Assembly (NCBI GenBank): GCA_017303395.1
Contig: JAFLBN010000011.1
Coordinates: forward strand, 16,249 to 80,248
DNA: 64,000 bases
Source: Chitinophagales bacterium
Lineage (GTDB): Bacteria; Bacteroidota; Bacteroidia; Chitinophagales; Chitinophagaceae
Direction: 5' to 3'
Within the stretch, counting starts at the first letter, position 1. Every line of letters starts with the position of its first letter. Positions 1 to 9,618 of this stretch are shown here, in pieces. A program made the translations under genes and the position numbers. Under the pieces are notes generated by a model, which made no database searches, was not told the origin of the DNA, and worked only from the letters and a program-made list of their open reading frames with translations.

Positions 1-357
1 AAACAGCTCAGAAACGCTACCATTTACAATAACATCGGCATCTATAAAAAGCAGTCTGTCTGTTTCATCATTTATTAACTGTGGTGCAAATATTCTATAG
101 TAGGTAGCTACATTAAGATAGGCAGAAGTATAGAAGCCTTTTGTCGCTTCATCATCCATTTTTATCCAGTGTATGTCATTGCCGTAATTAGAGGCAAGGT
201 GCTCTACATCTGTTTTTTGCTTGTCTGATAATGTATTGTAAAGAATATGTGCTTTTACATGTACATCTCTGTTATTTTCAAATAACGAAAATAACATAAC
301 ATACATCGGTATATAATAAACGCTATCGTAGGTGGCTGTGGCTATATGGTATGTCAT
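1..357 (-). CDS. glycosyltransferase family 8-like protein, N-terminal part (gene runs off the left edge)
   Basis: Own translation of the minus strand from ATG at 357: MTYHIATATYDSVYYIPMYVMLFSLFENN...YYRIFAPQLINDETDRLLFIDADVIVNGS, open to position 1. The DxD-type DADVIV motif fits GT8 transferases. The start overlaps the corA stop (TGATG). Confidence 0.55.
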   Translation of the reverse strand, partial: MTYHIATATYDSVYYIPMYVMLFSLFENNRDVHVKAHILYNTLSDKQKTDVEHLASNYGNDIHWIKMDDEATKGFYTSAYLNVATYYRIFAPQLINDETDRLLFIDADVIVNGSVSELF

Positions 358-1466
358 CAGAACCAGCCTTTTCTTTTGAACCATATTACCATTATTAATG
401 GTACTATCAGCATAATGGCTACTGTTATGTAAAAGCCCTGCGTTTGGTGTGCCAGAGGTATCACATCAAAGTTCATCCCGAAAATGCCACCTATTACCGT
501 GGCGGGCGCCATGAGTGTTGCAAGCAGGGTGAAGACTTTCATCACCTCATTCATACGCAGGTTTATCTGGCTCATAGAGAGGTCTTGCAGGTTCATTACC
601 ATCTCCCGATGGTTCTCTACATATTCGTTTGCCTGTGTAATATGGTCCAATACGTCTTTGTAATATTTATCGTGGCGCTCATCCAGCAACGCGTTTTCGC
701 TGAATAGGAAACCGTTTACCAAATCTCGCACAGGACTTATGGAACGACGTATCAGTATAATCTCTCTGCGCAGGATGCTTATTTTCTCGAGTGCACCTCT
801 TTCTTTTTGCAGTATCAGTGTGTCTTCCAGTCTTTCAATACGCTCGTTTATCTTATCTATCACATGGAAGTAGCTATCTACTATAGTATCTATCAGGCTA
901 TAGCATAGATAGTCTGCCTGACGCTGCCTGATTTTTGAAGTCTGGCTCTTGATGCGCTCACGCACGGGGTCAAAAACATCGCGTTTAGCATCTTCCTGAA
1001 AAGAGATGACAAAATTTTTGCCAAGCACTATACTCACCTGCTCTGTTTCCACCTCTCCCGTACCATCATTATAATACAGCATTGGCAGCAGGCAGAAGAT
1101 GACATTGTCTATCTCGTCCATTTTAGCACGCTGGCCTACACTCAATATATCTTCCAGTACCAACGGGTGGATGCCGTAGTGGCTGCAGAGTTTTTCTATC
1201 TCTTTCTTATTCAGTCCGTCTACATTTATCCAGGTTATTTTACCACTATCCAGATACGGATGGCAAGCCTGCTGATCAGGTAGTTTCTTTTCTACATAAG
1301 TACTGGCATCATAATCGTAAACAGTGTAAACAGACTGTACGTTTACATCCCGCCCCTGCGTTTCGCGCGATGGGTTGTAGGATGTCATGGGTTTGCGTTT
1401 GGAGCTATTCCAAGCCCATTCAGGCAATAATTTTGCCAATCCCCGTACGCTGTTTCTTGCAGACAT
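357..1466 (-). CDS. corA: magnesium/cobalt transporter CorA
   Basis: 369-aa ORF. The C-terminal GMNF signature (GGIFGMNF) lies between two TM helices. The cytoplasmic N-domain has a typical length. Confidence 0.9.
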   Translation of the reverse strand: MSARNSVRGLAKLLPEWAWNSSKRKPMTSYNPSRETQGRDVNVQSVYTVYDYDASTYVEKKLPDQQACHPYLDSGKITWINVDGLNKKEIEKLCSHYGIHPLVLEDILSVGQRAKMDEIDNVIFCLLPMLYYNDGTGEVETEQVSIVLGKNFVISFQEDAKRDVFDPVRERIKSQTSKIRQRQADYLCYSLIDTIVDSYFHVIDKINERIERLEDTLILQKERGALEKISILRREIILIRRSISPVRDLVNGFLFSENALLDERHDKYYKDVLDHITQANEYVENHREMVMNLQDLSMSQINLRMNEVMKVFTLLATLMAPATVIGGIFGMNFDVIPLAHQTQGFYITVAIMLIVPLIMVIWFKRKGWF

Positions 1467-1552
1467 CGTGTTGAATAATATGCTAATTTAGTTTTTTGTG
1501 CCTATGTTCGCACCACAAAACAGTTGAAACCGCATATTTATATACTGTAATT

Positions 1553-2224
1553 ATGAAGAAACTATTACTCACCGCCATTGCTTTTGTATCGCTTACATCT
1601 GCAATCGCTCAGAAAATCAACAAAGAAAAAATCGTTATCACTACAGAGTATGGCAAGATAGTACTGGCACTGTACGATAACACTCCTAAACATAGGGACA
1701 ATATGTTTAAGCTGACGAAAGAAAAATTCTTCGACAGTACGTTGTTTCACCGTGTGATACCAAACTTTGTAATACAAGGCGGCGACCCTGAATCTAAGAA
1801 AGCAAATGCAGGCCAGCCATTGGGCGAGGGCGATGTTGGCTACCGTGTACCTGCAGAAATAAATGCAATCAATTTTCACCAACGCGGTGCTATAGGTATG
1901 GCGCGCGATAACAATCCAGAAAAAGCATCGAGCGGATGCCAGTTTTATATTGTGGTAGGTAAGAAATATACAGACGAAGAACTGAATACAATCTCTGAAC
2001 GTACAGGCCGCAAGTTTACACCAAAGCAACGCACTATCTATAAAACACAGGGTGGTACTCCGCATCTGGATGGTAACTATACAGTGTTGGGTATTGTAGA
2101 AGAGGGTATGGATATAGTAGACAAAATAGCTGCTGAGCCACGTAATGCACAAGACAGGCCAAACAAAGACGTCAGGATGCTGAAAGTGCGTTTCAAGAAA
2201 AAGAAATTCCTGGGCATATTTTAA
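1553..2224 (+). CDS. peptidyl-prolyl cis-trans isomerase, cyclophilin type, exported
   Basis: Cyclophilin blocks FHRVIPNFVIQGGDP and GCQFYIV. The signal peptide starts at MKKLLLTAIAFVSLTSAIA, so I moved the start to the internal ATG at 1553. Confidence 0.88.
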   Translation: MKKLLLTAIAFVSLTSAIAQKINKEKIVITTEYGKIVLALYDNTPKHRDNMFKLTKEKFFDSTLFHRVIPNFVIQGGDPESKKANAGQPLGEGDVGYRVPAEINAINFHQRGAIGMARDNNPEKASSGCQFYIVVGKKYTDEELNTISERTGRKFTPKQRTIYKTQGGTPHLDGNYTVLGIVEEGMDIVDKIAAEPRNAQDRPNKDVRMLKVRFKKKKFLGIF

Positions 2225-2233
2225 TAACTGCTG

Positions 2234-3007
2234 ATGCAGGATATAAAAGCACTCAAAAAATTATTGGACGAAAAAGTAAGGCTGTATAATCAGCCTTCTT
2301 TTATTAAGGGCGACCCCATCGTAGTTCCGCACCGCTTCGGCAAGCGGCAGGATATTGAAATAGCAGGACTCTTTGCTGCCGTGCTGGCATGGGGCAACCG
2401 TACCAGCATCATTAACAGCACCAATAAAATAATGCAGTGGATGGATGATGCCCCGCACGATTTTGTGGTGAATCATCAGGATATAGACCTGAAAAAGATG
2501 CTAAGCTTTGCGCATCGTACTTTTAATGCTACAGACCTGCTGTACTTTATCTATTTTCTGCAATTCCACTACCGTCAATGCAACAGTCTTGAAGATGCTT
2601 TTGTGCCAGAGGCAAGCTATAAGTATGAAACAGTAGAACAGACACTCATACATTTTCACAATTACTTCTTCTCTATAGAGCATCCTGAAAGAACAAGAAA
2701 ACATATAGCCACACCAGCGCGCAAATCTGCGTGCAAGCGTATTAATATGTATCTGCGCTGGATGGTAAGAACAGACAACCATGGCGTGGACTTTGGACTA
2801 TGGAAAAAAATAAGTCCACGCCAGTTGGTTTGTCCGCTTGATGTTCATGTTGGCAGGGTGGCGTTTCGTCTGAGACTTATCCGCAACGAAAAATCAGACT
2901 GGCAAAACGCTTTATCTTTAACGCAGAGCCTTCGGGAACTGAATCCCGAAGACCCTGCAGTTTATGACTATGCACTGTTTGGGCTGGGCGCCGAAGAACG
3001 TTTCTAA
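2234..3007 (+). CDS. TIGR02757 (DUF2400) family protein
   Basis: 257-aa ORF. The N-terminal pattern DPIVVPHRF...DIEIAGLFAAVLAWGNRTSII matches my recollection of the TIGR02757 family. Confidence 0.65.
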   Translation: MQDIKALKKLLDEKVRLYNQPSFIKGDPIVVPHRFGKRQDIEIAGLFAAVLAWGNRTSIINSTNKIMQWMDDAPHDFVVNHQDIDLKKMLSFAHRTFNATDLLYFIYFLQFHYRQCNSLEDAFVPEASYKYETVEQTLIHFHNYFFSIEHPERTRKHIATPARKSACKRINMYLRWMVRTDNHGVDFGLWKKISPRQLVCPLDVHVGRVAFRLRLIRNEKSDWQNALSLTQSLRELNPEDPAVYDYALFGLGAEERF

Positions 3008-4257
3008 ACAAATGCCAGCGCGCTTTCTTCTTCATGAATGCGCTCTTCTACATTATTCACAAAAGCATCAGGCCATACTATCAGCGATGTGCCTTTTTTC
3101 TTCCACCAGTTGCTCTCTTTCAGTTTTGAGAAACGGATGATGCCTATTACGTGACAACGCTTTTCGCTGCTGCTCCATTCTTCAATACGTTCAAAACGCT
3201 CGTGCGGCACCTGAAACAATCCTTCAAAACTTACATACACACGCAGGAAGAAATCATTGGTCAGATCGCCCGCTGTTTTATTGTTCAGTTTCTTGTATTC
3301 GTATTTGTAATCATAGCGTAGCGCGCTAAGGTCGCTCAGCACCGCAGATGCCGTAGGGAAGCTGCCCGCACCCTTGCCATAGAAAAACTGCTTGTCAGCC
3401 AGGCCACTCTCTATCACCACACCGTTATATTCATTGCGAACATTGAATAGCTGATTGGTTGCATCTACAAACTGTGGCAATACAAATGCTGCTACATCTC
3501 CATCTTCCAGCTTCTTGGCTTGTGCTACCAATTTTATCTCGTAGCCTTTTTCTTTGGCAAATACCGCATCGTGTAGCTGCAGGTTTTGTATACCGCTGTG
3601 TATTATCTCTGACGGGTGAGACACGATACCATAAGCGTGCGTCAGCAGGATAGACAGTTTATTCACCGCATCTATGCCTTCCACATCCAGCGCAGGGTTG
3701 CTTTCTGCAAAGCCTTCCAGCTGTGCCTGCAGCAGTGCGTCTTCAAAGCTCAGTTTATCCTGAAACACACGTGTAAGGATGTAGTTAGTAGAACCGTTTA
3801 CAATACCATTGAAACCTTGCAGCAGATCGTTATCATAATACTCTTCCAGATTGCGGATGACAGGGATACTTGCACACGCCGCACTCTCATACAGGAAAGG
3901 CACATTGTATTTTTTCTGCAGCACCAGCAGTTCAGGCAAGTGTTCTGCAATCATTTTTTTGTTGGCACTAACTACTGCCTTACCCGATGCCAACGCGCGC
4001 GATACGATGTAGTATGCAGCATCTGCATCATCTATCAGCTCTACTATTACGTTGATGCTATCGTCGCTCAGTAATAATTCTGCATCTATGGTGAAAAGTG
4101 TTTCAGGAGCTTCACGTTTTTTCTCAGGGTGTTTGATGCACACTTTTTTTATTTCCGCATTCAGCGATGGCGTTTGTTGCAACACCTTGTACAAACCTGT
4201 ACCTACTACACCAAAGCCAAACAGGCCGATGTTTAATTTCTTCTGTTGAATAGACAT
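3004..4257 (-). CDS. hom: homoserine dehydrogenase
   Basis: 417 aa. N-terminal Rossmann motif GLFGFGVVGTG, a central homoserine dehydrogenase core, and a C-terminal ACT-like extension. It lies directly downstream of a Met-pathway PLP enzyme and behind a SAM riboswitch. Confidence 0.85.
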   Translation of the reverse strand: MSIQQKKLNIGLFGFGVVGTGLYKVLQQTPSLNAEIKKVCIKHPEKKREAPETLFTIDAELLLSDDSINVIVELIDDADAAYYIVSRALASGKAVVSANKKMIAEHLPELLVLQKKYNVPFLYESAACASIPVIRNLEEYYDNDLLQGFNGIVNGSTNYILTRVFQDKLSFEDALLQAQLEGFAESNPALDVEGIDAVNKLSILLTHAYGIVSHPSEIIHSGIQNLQLHDAVFAKEKGYEIKLVAQAKKLEDGDVAAFVLPQFVDATNQLFNVRNEYNGVVIESGLADKQFFYGKGAGSFPTASAVLSDLSALRYDYKYEYKKLNNKTAGDLTNDFFLRVYVSFEGLFQVPHERFERIEEWSSSEKRCHVIGIIRFSKLKESNWWKKKGTSLIVWPDAFVNNVEERIHEEESALAFV

Positions 4258-4311
4258 TGTTATTCTTTTGTTTTATTGTGTTTAGACATTTACCCAAAGG
4301 GTAATTTTTGA

Positions 4312-5493
4312 TTATTGAAATGCTGCTACTTTTATTTCAGCAACAAAAGTTTGTGCTTTGTTAAGCGCCTGTTCTATATCACGTATCAGGTCGTCCACCT
4401 CTTCAAGGCCTACACTCAGGCGTATCAGGCTATCTACCACACCTGCCGCGCGACGTTTTTCTGCAGGGATAGATTTGTGCGTCATCTGTGCAGGATGGCA
4501 CAGCAGGCTCTTCACGCCGCCAAGGCTTTCTGCCAGTTTAAACAGTTTGGTACTACAGACTACAGCTCTTGCTGCGTCTTCAGTATTGTTCTTCAGTGTG
4601 AAGGATACGATACCACCAAAGCCCAATTGCTGCTTAGCTGCTATGTCGTGATTAGGATGAGACTTCAGGCCCGGATAGTACACTTTGTCAATAGCAGGAT
4701 GTTTTTCCAGATACTGCGCTACTATCAGTGCATTGCGGCTATGTTCTTTTACACGCAGGTGCAGTGTTTCTACACCACGTATCACCAACCAGCTATCGTG
4801 TGGCGCAAGGATGGCTCCGCTTGCATTTTGTATAAATTTGATTTTATCGCCCAGTTCCTGTGTAGCACTTACTACGATGCCTGCAATCAAATCGCTGTGG
4901 CCACCCAGATATTTCGTAGCACTGTGCACTACAAGGTCTGCCCCCAGTTTGATGGGCTGTTGCAGTATAGGCGATGCGAAAGTGTTATCCACACACAGCA
5001 GTATATTGTGCTGCTTTGCAATCGTGGCAATGGTTTCGATGTCGCTGATTTTCAGCGTTGGGTTGGTTGGTGTTTCCAACCATATCAATTTTGTTTTCGG
5101 GGTAATGGCATCTATCACATTCGCTATGTCTGTAGTGTCTGTGTAGTTTACGGTGATACCGAATTTTGCATAGATATGCGTGAAGAGGCGGAAGGCGCCA
5201 CCGTAGATGTCGTCTACAGCCAGTATCTCGTCGCCGCTTTCCAGCAGTTTTACTACTGCGTCTATGGCTGCAAGACCGCTTGCAAATGCCGATGCTCTCT
5301 CGCCACCTTCCAGAAGGGCTACTATTTTTTCCAGTGTTTCGCGGGTTGGATTGTTGCTACGTGCATAGTCGTAGCCTTTGTGTTCGCCCGGTGCATCCTG
5401 CACGAAAGTGGATGTCTGGTAAATAGGCACAGAGATGGAACCTGTCAGCGGATCTACCGGAATGCTGTGGATGAGTTGTGTTGCGTTGCTCAT
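4312..5493 (-). CDS. Cys/Met-metabolism PLP-dependent enzyme (cystathionine gamma-synthase / beta-lyase family)
   Basis: 393 aa. PLP-lysine block VVHSATKYLGGHSD and the YARSNNPTRETLE motif are typical of the trans-sulfuration family. A SAM-I riboswitch lies in the 5' leader. Confidence 0.9.
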   Translation of the reverse strand: MSNATQLIHSIPVDPLTGSISVPIYQTSTFVQDAPGEHKGYDYARSNNPTRETLEKIVALLEGGERASAFASGLAAIDAVVKLLESGDEILAVDDIYGGAFRLFTHIYAKFGITVNYTDTTDIANVIDAITPKTKLIWLETPTNPTLKISDIETIATIAKQHNILLCVDNTFASPILQQPIKLGADLVVHSATKYLGGHSDLIAGIVVSATQELGDKIKFIQNASGAILAPHDSWLVIRGVETLHLRVKEHSRNALIVAQYLEKHPAIDKVYYPGLKSHPNHDIAAKQQLGFGGIVSFTLKNNTEDAARAVVCSTKLFKLAESLGGVKSLLCHPAQMTHKSIPAEKRRAAGVVDSLIRLSVGLEEVDDLIRDIEQALNKAQTFVAEIKVAAFQ

Positions 5494-5593
5494 GTTATCT
5501 TCTTGATTTTAAATTGTTACGAATTTTTTCTCGTTACAATCGTTACCAAGCAAGATGGTTTGCTATCGATGAGAACCCTTTGTGTACGGACAC

Positions 5594-5628
5594 AAAAAAA
5601 GCTCCACCGATAAATCAGAGGAGCTTTT
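5594..5628 (-). terminator. intrinsic terminator forming the expression platform of the SAM riboswitch
   Basis: The minus strand reads AAAAGCTCCTCTGATTTATCGGTGGAGCTTTTTTTGTG: a GC stem plus a T-run, between the riboswitch aptamer and the CDS start at 5493. Confidence 0.75.
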
Positions 5629-5678
5629 GAATATTTGCACAACCTTTCGGCCGATACCTTTCAAGCTTTTGCTTCTGA

Positions 5679-5790
5679 CTTATCTGCCCCACATTGCTGC
5701 AGGATGGAATTAGCACCAGTTCTCAACACAGTGTGTTGAGGAGGTTGCTAAGGTATCATCGGGCCATAACCCTCCACCTTTCTTGATAAG
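5679..5790 (-). promoter_or_regulatory. SAM-I (S-box) riboswitch aptamer
   Basis: The minus strand reads CTTATCAAGAAAGGTGGAGGGTTATGGCCCGATGATACCTTAGCAACC...GGTGCTAATTCCATCCTGCAGCA...GCAGATAAG. This matches the conserved S-box core (CUUAUCAAGAG.GG.GGAGGGA.UGGCCC.AUGA..CC.GCAACC...GUGCUAAUUCC...AGAUAAG). Confidence 0.9.
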
Positions 5791-5949
5791 CGATGTTGTA
5801 AAGAACTGGTGCAAAGATATGAGCGCATTTTTCACAATTCCAAAATTTTTTTTTGAACCCCCATTTTTTAAGCAGGTTTTAATAACCCCCATACTATGGC
5901 GAATTGCTTATTTTACAGTAATTTGCAGCCCCATCCGAGCCAATAATTC

Positions 5950-6708
5950 ATGGATTTACCCGAAGGCAAAAAAATTTATTTCGCATCCGATTTTCATCTC
6001 GGTATACCCGATAGAGAAACGAGTCTTGCTCGTGAAAGACGGTTGTGCCATTGGCTGGACGAGATAAAAAAAGATGCTGCGCACCTATTTCTGGTAGGTG
6101 ATATTTTCGATGCATGGTTTGAGTATAAGAAGGTAGTACCTAAAGGCTATACACGCTTTTTGGGAAAACTTGCAGAGCTTAGCGACAGCGGGCTTCCTAT
6201 CGAAGCATTTACAGGTAATCATGATTTATGGATGCGTGGCTATTTTCAGGAAGAGCTGAATATTCCTGTGCATCACGAACCGATTGAAAGAACCTTCAAC
6301 GGCAAGCGTTTTGTAATAGCGCACGGCGACGGCCTTGGCCCCGGAGACCATGGTTATAAAATACTGAAAAGCGTGCTGCGCAACAGGTTTTCACAATGGC
6401 TCTACAGGCGTATACATCCCGATACCGGTGTGGGTATGGCAGAGTGGTTCAGCAGGTTAGGACCTAAGCACAGTGTAGAAGACGACCCTTTTCTGGGGCC
6501 TGAAAAAGAATGGCTGGTGCAGTATGCATTAGAAAGGCTGAAGCATGAACCGATAGATTATTTCATCTTCGGGCACAGGCATCTGGCTCTGGAATACCCG
6601 CTGCCCAATAACAGCCTGTATGTAAATCTGGGCGACTGGATACACTACAACAGCTATGGGGTATTTGACGGCAATGATTTAAAACTGGAATACTATAAAG
6701 GCAAGTAA
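5950..6708 (+). CDS. lpxH: UDP-2,3-diacylglucosamine diphosphatase
   Basis: 252 aa. Calcineurin-like metallophosphoesterase motifs in LpxH order: SDFHLG, GDIFD, GNHD, HGD. Confidence 0.8.
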   Translation: MDLPEGKKIYFASDFHLGIPDRETSLARERRLCHWLDEIKKDAAHLFLVGDIFDAWFEYKKVVPKGYTRFLGKLAELSDSGLPIEAFTGNHDLWMRGYFQEELNIPVHHEPIERTFNGKRFVIAHGDGLGPGDHGYKILKSVLRNRFSQWLYRRIHPDTGVGMAEWFSRLGPKHSVEDDPFLGPEKEWLVQYALERLKHEPIDYFIFGHRHLALEYPLPNNSLYVNLGDWIHYNSYGVFDGNDLKLEYYKGK

Positions 6709-6715
6709 CAACAAT

Positions 6716-7216
6716 ATGGAACGAACCCTTGTGATGATAAGACACGCGAAGTCGAGCTGGGCAAATCCTTTACAAAGCGATTTTGAAAGACCACTGAACG
6801 ACCGCGGTGAACACGATGCCCCGATGATGGGCGAAAGACTGAAGAAGCAAAATCTGTTACCCGACCTTATCATAGCCAGCACAGCAAAACGTGCCAAACA
6901 AACAGCTAAAAAAATTGCGAAAGCAATCGGGTATGACGAAAGCAACATCGTATGGGACGAAAAGCTGTATCACTGCATCCCGAGCGTTTTTGAAGAAGTA
7001 CTGTATGAAGTGGCAGATGATGTAAAGACTGTGTTTATTGTAGCACACAATCCCGGCATTACAGAGTTTGTTAACGAGCTATCAGATAAATTCTGCACAG
7101 ACAATATGCCAACATGTGGCATGGTAGGTGCAAAGTTTGAGGCCGAGCAATGGAATGAATTCAGCAGAACAAACAAACAAGTATTTTTATTTGACTATCC
7201 TAAGAATGTAATATGA
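6716..7216 (+). CDS. histidine phosphatase family protein (SixA-like)
   Basis: 166 aa. N-terminal catalytic RHAKS motif (MIRHAKSSW). Size and layout match SixA phosphohistidine phosphatase. Confidence 0.75.
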   Translation: MERTLVMIRHAKSSWANPLQSDFERPLNDRGEHDAPMMGERLKKQNLLPDLIIASTAKRAKQTAKKIAKAIGYDESNIVWDEKLYHCIPSVFEEVLYEVADDVKTVFIVAHNPGITEFVNELSDKFCTDNMPTCGMVGAKFEAEQWNEFSRTNKQVFLFDYPKNVI

Positions 7217-8676
7217 CCGCTAACAAGCCATCAACACAGACCATCAGCACACTGGAGAAATTATTTGAAGATCATTTTGGCGTAGCACCCGAACAGATAA
7301 ATCTATTACCTGTATCGGGTTCAGACAGGAGATACTATCGCATATCAGCGGGCAAAATTTCTGCCATAGGTACCTACAATACCAATCTACCCGAAAACAA
7401 TACTTACTACTACTTTACAGAGCTGCTGCGCAAGCACGAGATAAATGTGCCGCAGGTATATTGCATCAGCAAAGACAAAAAATACTACCTGCAACAAGAC
7501 CTTGGTACTACTTCCCTATTCGATATGCTGAACAAGGAAGGACATACAGACAATGTGCGCCAGTATTTTCATAAGGCACTGGAGCAGCTTGCCAAGATGC
7601 AGTGGATAGCCGGCCGCGAGGCAGACTATTATCAGTGCTATGGCACCCGTGCATTTGACGAGAAAGCCATCATGGCCGATTTGCTGTATTTCAAATACTA
7701 CTTTGCAGACCTGCAGAACATACAATATGACCGTGCCCTGCTGATGGATGAGATGGAGCAGATGAGCAAAGAGCTGGGGCGCATACAGCCGCAAATGCTG
7801 ATGTACCGCGACTTTCAGAGCCGCAACATCATGGTGCACGAGGGCAATGTTTATTTCATAGATTTTCAAGGTGCTATGCAGGGGCCGCCGCAGTACGATA
7901 TAGCATCACTGCTGTGGCAGGCAAAAGCACAACTGCCTGATGCTTGGAAGGAAGACCTACTGAACGGTTATATGACCAGCCTTAGCAATCTGCATATAAC
8001 ACGCGTAGATGAAATACACTTCCGCCGTGGTTACCTGCAATTTGTACTGCTGCGTATACTACAGGTATTAGGCGCTTATGGCTTCCGCGGCTTGTTGCAA
8101 CACAAGCCTCATTTTGTAAGCAGCATAGGGCCTGCACTGAAAAATCTGGAAAACTTCCTGGCGGTAAATCCGCACCTGCCTGCATATCCTGAAATACGCA
8201 AGCTGCTGGAACGCCTTTCTAGTGCGGAAATGCAAAGCCGCTACTCACAACCTGAACATACAGAGACTGCAAAATTGCAGGTGCAGATAGTAAGTTTCTC
8301 TTACAAAAACGGTATACCGAAAGATAAAGGCTCTCATGGAGGTGGTTATGTTTTCGATTGCCGTGGACTGCTGAACCCAGGCAGGTATGCAGCCTACAAA
8401 CACCAGACGGGTAAAGACGAAGCAGTAAAACAATTTCTGGAACGCGAAACACGCATGCCTGAATTTCTGGCGCAGGTATATGGCTTAGTATCGCTGAATG
8501 TAGAAGATTATCTGGCGCGTGGTTTTGAAAACCTGAGTGTGGCATTTGGCTGCACAGGTGGGCAACACCGCTCTGTGTATGCAGCAGAGGCATTGGCAAA
8601 ATACCTGCAAAGCAAATACAACATCCCTGTTACGGTTACACACCTCAATCAGGAAAAATGGATGTTGGGAGAATAA
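7213..8676 (+). CDS. fusion protein: AmgK/APH-like sugar kinase domain + RapZ C-terminal-like domain
   Basis: The N-terminal ~330 aa carry the kinase catalytic loop MYRDFQSRNIMV and YFIDFQGA. The C-terminal ~140 aa carry IVSFSYKNGIP, GYVFDCRGLLNPGRY and FGCTGGQHRSV, as in the RapZ C-domain. Confidence 0.7.
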   Translation: MTANKPSTQTISTLEKLFEDHFGVAPEQINLLPVSGSDRRYYRISAGKISAIGTYNTNLPENNTYYYFTELLRKHEINVPQVYCISKDKKYYLQQDLGTTSLFDMLNKEGHTDNVRQYFHKALEQLAKMQWIAGREADYYQCYGTRAFDEKAIMADLLYFKYYFADLQNIQYDRALLMDEMEQMSKELGRIQPQMLMYRDFQSRNIMVHEGNVYFIDFQGAMQGPPQYDIASLLWQAKAQLPDAWKEDLLNGYMTSLSNLHITRVDEIHFRRGYLQFVLLRILQVLGAYGFRGLLQHKPHFVSSIGPALKNLENFLAVNPHLPAYPEIRKLLERLSSAEMQSRYSQPEHTETAKLQVQIVSFSYKNGIPKDKGSHGGGYVFDCRGLLNPGRYAAYKHQTGKDEAVKQFLERETRMPEFLAQVYGLVSLNVEDYLARGFENLSVAFGCTGGQHRSVYAAEALAKYLQSKYNIPVTVTHLNQEKWMLGE

Positions 8677-8697
8677 AATAAATCACTAAAGCACAAT

Positions 8698-8732
8698 AAA
8701 AAAGACCGGAACATATCCGGTCTTTTTCTTTT
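8698..8732. terminator. bidirectional intrinsic terminator between convergent genes
   Basis: AAAAAAGACCGGAACATATCCGGTCTTTTTCTTTT: a perfect 7-bp stem flanked by an A-run and a T-run. Confidence 0.85.
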
Positions 8733-8746
8733 ATAATAAGCTGTTG

Positions 8747-9454
8747 TTATTTAGCTTCAGTATCACCTGCTTTGCGCGGGTTGCGTTCCAGCACTTCGTC
8801 TACCATACCGTAGTCTTTAGCTTCCTGTGCTGTCATCCAGTAATCGCGGTCGCTGTCTTTTTCCACTTTGCTGAATTTCTGTCCACTGTGCGTTGCTATG
8901 ATTTCGTACAGTTCTTTTTTCAGCTTGCCGATTTCACGTGCTGTTATTTCGATATCGCTGGCCTGACCTTCTGCACCACCCAATGGCTGGTGTATCATAA
9001 TGCGGCTGTGCTTCAGCGCTGTGCGTTTACCTTTTGTACCTGCACACATCAGTACCGCAGCCATAGAAGCGCCGATACCTGTACAGATAGTAGATACATC
9101 AGGGTTGATAATTTGCATGGTATCATAGATACCAAGGCCTGCATATACGCTACCGCCCGGGCTATTGATGTACATCTGCACATCGCGGTTGCGGTCTGTG
9201 CTTTCCAGGAACAACAACTGTGCTGTAACGATATTGGCTACATAGTCGTTGATACCTTCGCCCAGGAAAATGATACGGTCCATCATCAGACGAGAGAATA
9301 CGTCCATAGATGCTACGTTCAGCGGACGTTCTTCGATGATATATGGAGTAAGTGCCATCGGATTTTTGTACAAAGCAGAAGTATAGTTGTGCAGTGTTGC
9401 GCTGCTGATGCCATGATGTTTAATGGCATATTTGTTAAACTCGTTTGGATTCAT
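8747..9454 (-). CDS. clpP: ATP-dependent Clp protease proteolytic subunit
   Basis: 235 aa. ClpP blocks DRIIFLGEGI, TICTGIGASMAA (Ser) and IMIHQPLGG (His). Confidence 0.95.
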   Translation of the reverse strand: MNPNEFNKYAIKHHGISSATLHNYTSALYKNPMALTPYIIEERPLNVASMDVFSRLMMDRIIFLGEGINDYVANIVTAQLLFLESTDRNRDVQMYINSPGGSVYAGLGIYDTMQIINPDVSTICTGIGASMAAVLMCAGTKGKRTALKHSRIMIHQPLGGAEGQASDIEITAREIGKLKKELYEIIATHSGQKFSKVEKDSDRDYWMTAQEAKDYGMVDEVLERNPRKAGDTEAK

Positions 9455-9618
9455 AAAATCGTATTTTTGAACTAGAATTAATCTTTGGATTGTCTAAAAC
9501 AATTTTCAATCCATGATTAAATATAAGACATAACGGCACATAACAGCCATCAAAACTATCAATTCGTATATTCGTATAAGGCAAAAAGTCATTTTTGCAT
9601 GATAAAATAGCTATCTAT

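Noticed and set aside
4315-5613. Very long ORFs exactly antisense and codon-aligned to real genes. Examples: 4315-5613 against the PLP enzyme, 8744-9475 against clpP, 13659-14789 against ychF, 11697-12881 against yidC, 50759-51928 against the carB C-half, and 15041-15940 against plsC.
   Set aside because: In the codon-aligned antisense frame, stops arise only from sense TTA, CTA or TCA codons, which these well-expressed genes avoid. The translations are Cys/His/Phe/Tyr-rich and low in complexity, with no motifs. I treat them as a codon-bias artefact, not overlapping genes.
5710-5892. A 60-aa ORF on the minus strand.
   Set aside because: It lies on top of the SAM-I riboswitch aptamer and is explained by the RNA element.
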